Of a stretch of 64,000 nt of DNA, positions 63,040 to 64,000 are shown in pieces; the stretch's first letter is position 1; each line of letters starts with the position of its first letter. This DNA comes from Acidimicrobiia bacterium (GTDB lineage Bacteria; Actinomycetota; Acidimicrobiia; IMCC26256; PALSA-610). Both the position numbers and the translations under genes were made by a program. The stretch lies in the NCBI GenBank assembly GCA_052148155.1, contig JBKQIY010000048.1:11131-75130 (forward strand). Reading direction: 5' to 3'. The notes beneath the pieces were generated by a model. That model was not told the origin of the DNA and made no database searches. It saw only the letters and a list, made by a program, of their open reading frames with translations.

Positions 63040-64000
63040 GTGACCACCACGAAGCAAAATGCCGCCAAAGCGACAACCGCCAAGCGAGCCGATTCCACGC
63101 ACAGCGGCGTGAAGCGCAACGGCACTGCGCACAACGGCACCGCGCACAACGGCACCACGCACGTCGGCGCCAGGCTCATCGACGTCGAGCAAGCAGACGC
63201 CGAGGAGCGACTGGTGCGGGAGCATCTGCCGCTCGTGCAGTATGTGGTGTCGGAGGTCGCTCACCGCGTCCCGAACCACGTCAGCCGCAACGACCTCGTC
63301 TCAGCCGGCATGCTCGGTCTCGCGCAAGCCGCACGAAGTTTCGACCCTGAGCGCGGCATCGCCTTCGATCGCTTCGCATCGACCCGAATCCGCGGCGCCT
63401 TGCTCGACGAGCTCCGCGGTCGCGACTGGGCCAGCCGATCCGTTCGATCCCGCGCCCGCGGGCTGCAGGCCGCGCAGGAAGAGCTGACGAACCGGCTCGG
63501 ACGAACGCCGAAGCCGGAAGAAGTCGCGCGCTCGCTGGGCGTCGCGCCCGAGACCGTTCACAAACTGGTCGACGACGTGCACCGCGCGACCGTCCTCAAC
63601 TACGACTCGCTCGTCGTCGAAGGCGACGCGGAGTCGTTCATTGCAAGCGACGACGAGGGACCCGAAGACACGCTCCTCGATCGCGAGCGCAAGGCGTACT
63701 TGATGGACGCAGTGGGCGCGCTGCCGGAACGACTCCGACGAGTCGTGATCGGCTACTTCTTCGAAGAGCGCTCGATGCAGGATCTCGCCGACGAACTCGG
63801 TGTGAGCGAGTCGCGTATCTCCCAGCTGCGTGCCGAGGCGTTGTTGCTCCTGCGTGACGGCGTGAACTCGCAGCTCGAGCCGAGCGCGGTGCCGGCCGAA
63901 CCCCGCCCGAACGGACGCGTCGCACGTCGCAAGGCGAGCTACTACGCGGCAGTGGCCGCAGGCTCCGACTACCGCACGCGGCTCGACGCCCGCCCTCTCG
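63040..64000 (+). CDS. whiG: FliA/WhiG-family (sigma-28-type) RNA polymerase sigma factor; 3' end beyond the window
   Basis: My own translation from GTG at 63040 (not in the ORF track because there is no stop in the window). Region 2: LVQYVVSEVAHRVPNHVSRNDLVSAGMLGLAQAARSFDPERGIAFDRFASTRIRGALLDELR. Region 3: GRTPKPEEVARSLGV. Region 4: ERSMQDLADELGVSESRISQLRAEAL. Confidence 0.85.
   Translation, partial: MTTTKQNAAKATTAKRADSTHSGVKRNGTAHNGTAHNGTTHVGARLIDVEQADAEERLVREHLPLVQYVVSEVAHRVPNHVSRNDLVSAGMLGLAQAARSFDPERGIAFDRFASTRIRGALLDELRGRDWASRSVRSRARGLQAAQEELTNRLGRTPKPEEVARSLGVAPETVHKLVDDVHRATVLNYDSLVVEGDAESFIASDDEGPEDTLLDRERKAYLMDAVGALPERLRRVVIGYFFEERSMQDLADELGVSESRISQLRAEALLLLRDGVNSQLEPSAVPAEPRPNGRVARRKASYYAAVAAGSDYRTRLDARPL
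63118..63162 (+). repeat. Three tandem 15-bp repeats encoding NGTAH-NGTAH-NGTTH in the N-terminal extension of the sigma factor
   Basis: aacggcactgcgcac / aacggcaccgcgcac / aacggcaccacgcac, in frame within the sigma ORF. Confidence 0.9.

Noticed and set aside
63118-63162. Tandem 15-bp repeats as a possible CRISPR or VNTR locus
   Set aside because: There are only three directly adjacent copies with no spacers, in frame inside the sigma factor ORF. This is a coding microsatellite-like repeat, not a CRISPR array.
1-64000. Search for transposases, integrases, phage genes, toxin-antitoxin pairs, CRISPR arrays and rRNA
   Set aside because: I recognised none by eye. The small excisionase-family HTH (36265..36459) has no integrase or att-like context, and it sits in a conserved proC neighbourhood, so I do not call it a mobile element.

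Overview
This is a GC-rich chromosomal window (roughly two-thirds G+C by eye). All calls are by-eye motif and homology recognition; no searches were run. Start codons in this GC-rich DNA are often ambiguous.

Organism guess: a flagellated, probably deep-branching actinobacterium. Supporting markers are mycothiol mshA, a rex-hem operon, an Rpf-type transglycosylase, a WhiG-type sigma and an RsiG-like protein. The class-level guess (Acidimicrobiia/Thermoleophilia-like) is inference only.

The left half is a respiratory super-cluster:
- the 5' end of a second nuoA-nuoB cluster at the left edge;
- a patatin-like lipase;
- a complete 14-gene nuoA-N operon (minus strand);
- a geranylgeranyl-reductase-family flavoprotein;
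- an unusual eight-gene Rieske/cytochrome b operon: membrane protein, 2x[4Fe-4S] ferredoxin, split b6-type cytochrome b, subunit-IV-like protein, Rieske protein, dihaem cytochrome c and two more membrane proteins;
- a rex-(precorrin-2 dehydrogenase)-hemA-hemC-cobA/hemD-hemB-hemL operon with a recognisable Rex operator.

The middle holds housekeeping and regulatory genes: acyl-CoA synthetase, DUF62, excisionase-type HTH, proC, mshA, an RsiG-like c-di-GMP anti-sigma candidate coupled to an XRE regulator, MoaD, a Cys-less DksA-like protein, a LON-N/SirB1-like/SET-domain trio, and map.

The right part has an SDR-rich metabolic block, an Rpf-like secreted protein, an MFS/aldehyde dehydrogenase/aminotransferase module, and a late flagellar operon (flgN-flgK-flgL-fliW-csrA). 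It ends with a pseudo-receiver LuxR regulator and the start of a WhiG/FliA sigma factor.

I found no rRNA, tRNA, CRISPR array or mobile element. The most interesting items are the non-canonical bc-type complex and the RsiG-like/WhiG/flagellar regulatory set, in which flgM appears to be absent.
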